Shown: positions 35,406-38,123 of the stretch, in pieces
Numbering within the stretch: position 1 is the stretch's first letter
Layout: each line of letters begins with the position of its first letter
Source: a virus
Lineage: Duplodnaviria > Caudoviricetes
Length of the DNA: 38,123 nt
Reading direction: 5' to 3' (one strand)
Virus record (IMG/VR): IMGVR_UViG_3300014613_000054
Span: 1-38,123 of that record
Notes under the pieces: generated by a model
What the model was told of the DNA's origin: nothing
Databases searched by the model: none
What the model saw: only the letters and a program-made list of their open reading frames with translations
Made by a program: the position numbers and the translations under genes

Positions 35406-35669
35406 TCACTTCTTGGTTTTCTCTTCCTCATCCTTGGCGGCGTCAATCGGGATCAACGTCGGGTCGTGTATTGTTTGAACGGTCCCAAGAATCTGCGCAT
35501 CGGCCATATCAACGTGCTCACCCTTGAGCGCGGACAGTTCCGCGCGAACTTCGCTCAGAGCGTGCTCGGCGTAAGACATGCGCATGACCAAGTAAGTAAA
35601 CGCCACGCCCAGGACGAGCGCGGTTAGCGCGGCGATTGCGGACCAGGTGAAAGTCAGGATTCGGTTCAT
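35406..35669 (-). CDS. Single-TM membrane protein
   Basis: GGAGG RBS and ATG 35669 overlapping the upstream stop (ATGA). MNRILTFTWSAIAALTALVLGVAFTYLV. Confidence 0.7.
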   Translation of the reverse strand: MNRILTFTWSAIAALTALVLGVAFTYLVMRMSYAEHALSEVRAELSALKGEHVDMADAQILGTVQTIHDPTLIPIDAAKDEEEKTKK

Positions 35670-35938
35670 TGCTTTTCCTCCCACTGAATTTTTTGGTTGT
35701 AGTAAACAAAATCGCGCACCTGGGCGAGTTTCTCTTTTTTTACTGGAACAAGAAAAACATCTCCTGGCACGATCCGAACAACCAGTTTGCAATTTAGCAT
35801 ATTTGCCAGCTTGCAAAGCTCCGAAATAGTAGGATTAGAGGAGCGTTTAAAACATCCTCCCACAACTTGCAGGTTAAAGTCCTTAGCGTGAATATCCTCT
35901 GCAAGCTGATCCTTTACGAAAAGCTCATCGTCGTTCAT
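35666..35938 (-). CDS. XRE/Cro-like HTH-related protein
   Basis: NPTISELCKLANMLNCKLVVRIVP matches the C-terminal part of XRE HTH domains. AAGGAG RBS. Confidence 0.55.
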   Translation of the reverse strand: MNDDELFVKDQLAEDIHAKDFNLQVVGGCFKRSSNPTISELCKLANMLNCKLVVRIVPGDVFLVPVKKEKLAQVRDFVYYNQKIQWEEKQ

Positions 35939-36135
35939 GGTTCAGCTCCCTTCTTTAAGCCAATTTTCAGTAACGACTGCGGACAAGGCCGCTTTGTAGT
36001 TGTGTCCGTATCACCTTCAAATTTTGGAGGACGCGGTGAGTAACGCAACTGAGCATATCCCTCAACTTTGCTCGACGACACCCGACGAGAACACCAGTCA
36101 ACGAAATACCAACGCGTATCGTTGCAATCAGTCAT
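35935..36135 (-). CDS. Hypothetical protein
   Basis: ATG 36135 overlaps the upstream gene end and the stop overlaps the next start. Confidence 0.5.
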   Translation of the reverse strand: MTDCNDTRWYFVDWCSRRVSSSKVEGYAQLRYSPRPPKFEGDTDTTTKRPCPQSLLKIGLKKGAEP

Positions 36136-36661
36136 CGATCTTGGCTTTTGCCTTACATAGTATCGCCATGCGTGTATGATATTCAGCCTGTTCATGGCTT
36201 TGTTTTGCCTTGCATAAATGGTAGCCAGCATTCCATGAATAGGTTTTATTTGTGTCCTTCTTTATATATTCCGCCCGTGTTGATTCTTTACGCATTTGCT
36301 CATCGGCCAGCGTATGGGCATAAGCTATGGCTTTTTCTCTTGAGGCAAACAGTTCTTCCTCTGCAAATACGGAATGGTTAGTCGTAGCGTATTCTACCTT
36401 GGTTCCATTGCTATTCTTGGTTACTTTAACCTCATCAATGACAACCACATCAGCCCTTGGGATACGTTCGTATTCTCTAATAACCCCGCGTGGTTCACCA
36501 TACCCCTTTCCGCAATAGTCACAAGGAAGAATAACAGAATCCCCATTTCCAAGTATGAGAGTTACATTGAGTTTCCCTGCACATATTGGGCAAGGGATAG
36601 TTGATTCTCTGTTTTCAAACGTTCCAATCCATGCCATATCCCCAACTTTTAATTCGCCCAT
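36128..36661 (-). CDS. Zinc-ribbon protein (DnaJ-like CxxCxGxG repeats)
   Basis: CPICAG...CDYCGKG, GGAGGT RBS and TAATG coupling. Confidence 0.7.
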   Translation of the reverse strand: MGELKVGDMAWIGTFENRESTIPCPICAGKLNVTLILGNGDSVILPCDYCGKGYGEPRGVIREYERIPRADVVVIDEVKVTKNSNGTKVEYATTNHSVFAEEELFASREKAIAYAHTLADEQMRKESTRAEYIKKDTNKTYSWNAGYHLCKAKQSHEQAEYHTRMAILCKAKAKIDD

Positions 36662-36870
36662 TATTGCACCTCCTCAATCTCAAGCGGAATGGTTACGTCA
36701 TAAACAATCCTATCCTCAGTCGGCCACCATGTTTGAAAGTAGCTGAAATGGCCCTTGTGATATTTTAACCCTATCGGCAAATACTGTTGCATGACCCAGC
36801 CGTCATTTACCAATATTGCATTGACTAACATTCTGTTATCTGAAGTGTTTGTGTAATCCATACTGATCAT
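36661..36870 (-). CDS. Hypothetical protein
   Basis: GAGGG RBS before ATG 36870. The stop overlaps the next start. Confidence 0.55.
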   Translation of the reverse strand: MISMDYTNTSDNRMLVNAILVNDGWVMQQYLPIGLKYHKGHFSYFQTWWPTEDRIVYDVTIPLEIEEVQ

Positions 36871-36877
36871 AAGGCCC

Positions 36878-38122
36878 TCATCGTAGAATCGTGATCCGCT
36901 TAAGCGGACTGGTTGAACGTAAATCAATCGTGATTTCTTCGACAATCCCAACAACAGTTATATCGGGAACCGGCCCCGGCGCTGGAATTGTCGGGCTTTC
37001 CAGTTCGGCCCATGCCTGGCGCAGGTCGATCTTATAAAGCTCAAGATTCGTGCGGCCATGCCAGTTTGCACCTACGTATAAATCATTCCCGTCTGGCGAA
37101 GCGCAAGCGAAATTCTCGGCGAAATAATTGTTCGTTTTATCGAGATCACCGGGAGCGAAATTGTATTTGTTGTATTTGCCCAAGCGCACAAGGCGCGGAC
37201 TCTGCTCGTGAGATTTGATCTCTACGAGAAACAGGTTATCAGCGTGCCATGTGTTGTTCAACCCGGCATAACAACTCATGACCACCCAGCCTGGATGACT
37301 GGTCATTTTGCCGAAGTGCTGGCCCCAACCTGGCGCTGGATCATAGCCCCAATCGGACATATTGAAGATGTTAATGCGTTCGCCGGTCGCCGGATTGAAC
37401 GTGCTAAACCAATCCGTCTTATTGTCCTGGAATACGAACACTTCGTTTCCAGCGCCGTCCAGCGCCCAGGAGTTATGGCCGTAGCTTACTGTTGGCATAT
37501 CGACCTTGTCGGCGACATTACCGTTCCACAAGTCCTCTGTCCTGACGAACCAGTCAACACCATTGGGCGGCTGGATAATACACCATTCGCCAGATGGTGA
37601 CATATCAAAGCCGCCTCGTGGATATATGGATTTCCAGAACTTAGTAATTTCTCTGTTTTCAAGAGTTGCCAGATTAAGCAGGAACAGCTTATAGACTGGA
37701 TTGGTTGACGACTCATCGAAACACTGACAGAGCCGCCATATTGTGGATTGATCAGCATGAGCGTTGGAAAGATAGAAAAACCCTTTGGGAAAGGACATAA
37801 GCTTAACAGTGGAATCTAGATGAAGTTTAAACATTCCATCACGATGTCCGTAGATCAAATCTGAATTCCCACCAAGATTTCTTACCCAGCGCGGATCATT
37901 ACGCTCGCCGATGGCTTCGATTTTCATACCAGAGTAAGTATGTTTCATAACACGGGAAAACACACCCCTCTTACTATAGAGCGCATTAACCCATGGTTGC
38001 CAGCCAAAGGCCAAGACCCCTAAGCCATCGGACGATACATCGGACCACGTGCTATAGCCATTGGTCAACCCGCGTCCGGGGTTGAGTGCATAGGGGTATC
38101 GGTCGTCAGGCCGGGTATCGGG
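36878..38122 (-). CDS. Beta-propeller-like (TolB-like) protein, 5'-truncated by the window edge
   Basis: The frame stays open from 38068 to the window end. Trp-rich with propeller-type turns (MSPSGEW, ASPDGNDLYVGANW). Confidence 0.6.
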   Translation of the reverse strand, partial: PDTRPDDRYPYALNPGRGLTNGYSTWSDVSSDGLGVLAFGWQPWVNALYSKRGVFSRVMKHTYSGMKIEAIGERNDPRWVRNLGGNSDLIYGHRDGMFKLHLDSTVKLMSFPKGFFYLSNAHADQSTIWRLCQCFDESSTNPVYKLFLLNLATLENREITKFWKSIYPRGGFDMSPSGEWCIIQPPNGVDWFVRTEDLWNGNVADKVDMPTVSYGHNSWALDGAGNEVFVFQDNKTDWFSTFNPATGERINIFNMSDWGYDPAPGWGQHFGKMTSHPGWVVMSCYAGLNNTWHADNLFLVEIKSHEQSPRLVRLGKYNKYNFAPGDLDKTNNYFAENFACASPDGNDLYVGANWHGRTNLELYKIDLRQAWAELESPTIPAPGPVPDITVVGIVEEITIDLRSTSPLKRITILR

Positions 38123-38123
38123 A

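Overview
This window is most of a dsDNA tailed-phage genome (Caudoviricetes). It has no tape-measure, sheath or tail-tube genes, so the morphology is probably podovirus-like. A lipoprotein and a spanin pair point to a diderm host. The left ~690 bp is a non-coding control region dense in repeats and mini-hairpins. The + strand (688-28907) carries the small and large terminase, fibre-like proteins, a lysis cassette, portal, scaffold, two duplicated 130-aa genes, the major capsid protein, tail/connector proteins and internal (ejection) proteins including a 1560-aa protein. The - strand (28937 to the window end) carries a DUF3987-like P-loop protein, a UDG-fused family A DNA polymerase, a ParB-methyltransferase fusion and small early genes. 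Four observations stand out. (1) The capsid gene is split after codon 7 by an 805-nt group I intron whose core can be folded by eye and which encodes a LAGLIDADG endonuclease overlapping the ribozyme core. (2) A 42-bp quasi-palindromic element recurs at module boundaries, oriented with transcription. (3) Several fibre-like or structural-region proteins carry Sec-type signal peptides. (4) A HicB-like frame with an in-frame TGA sits inside the lysis cassette. All product calls come from motif recognition and synteny, not database searches.
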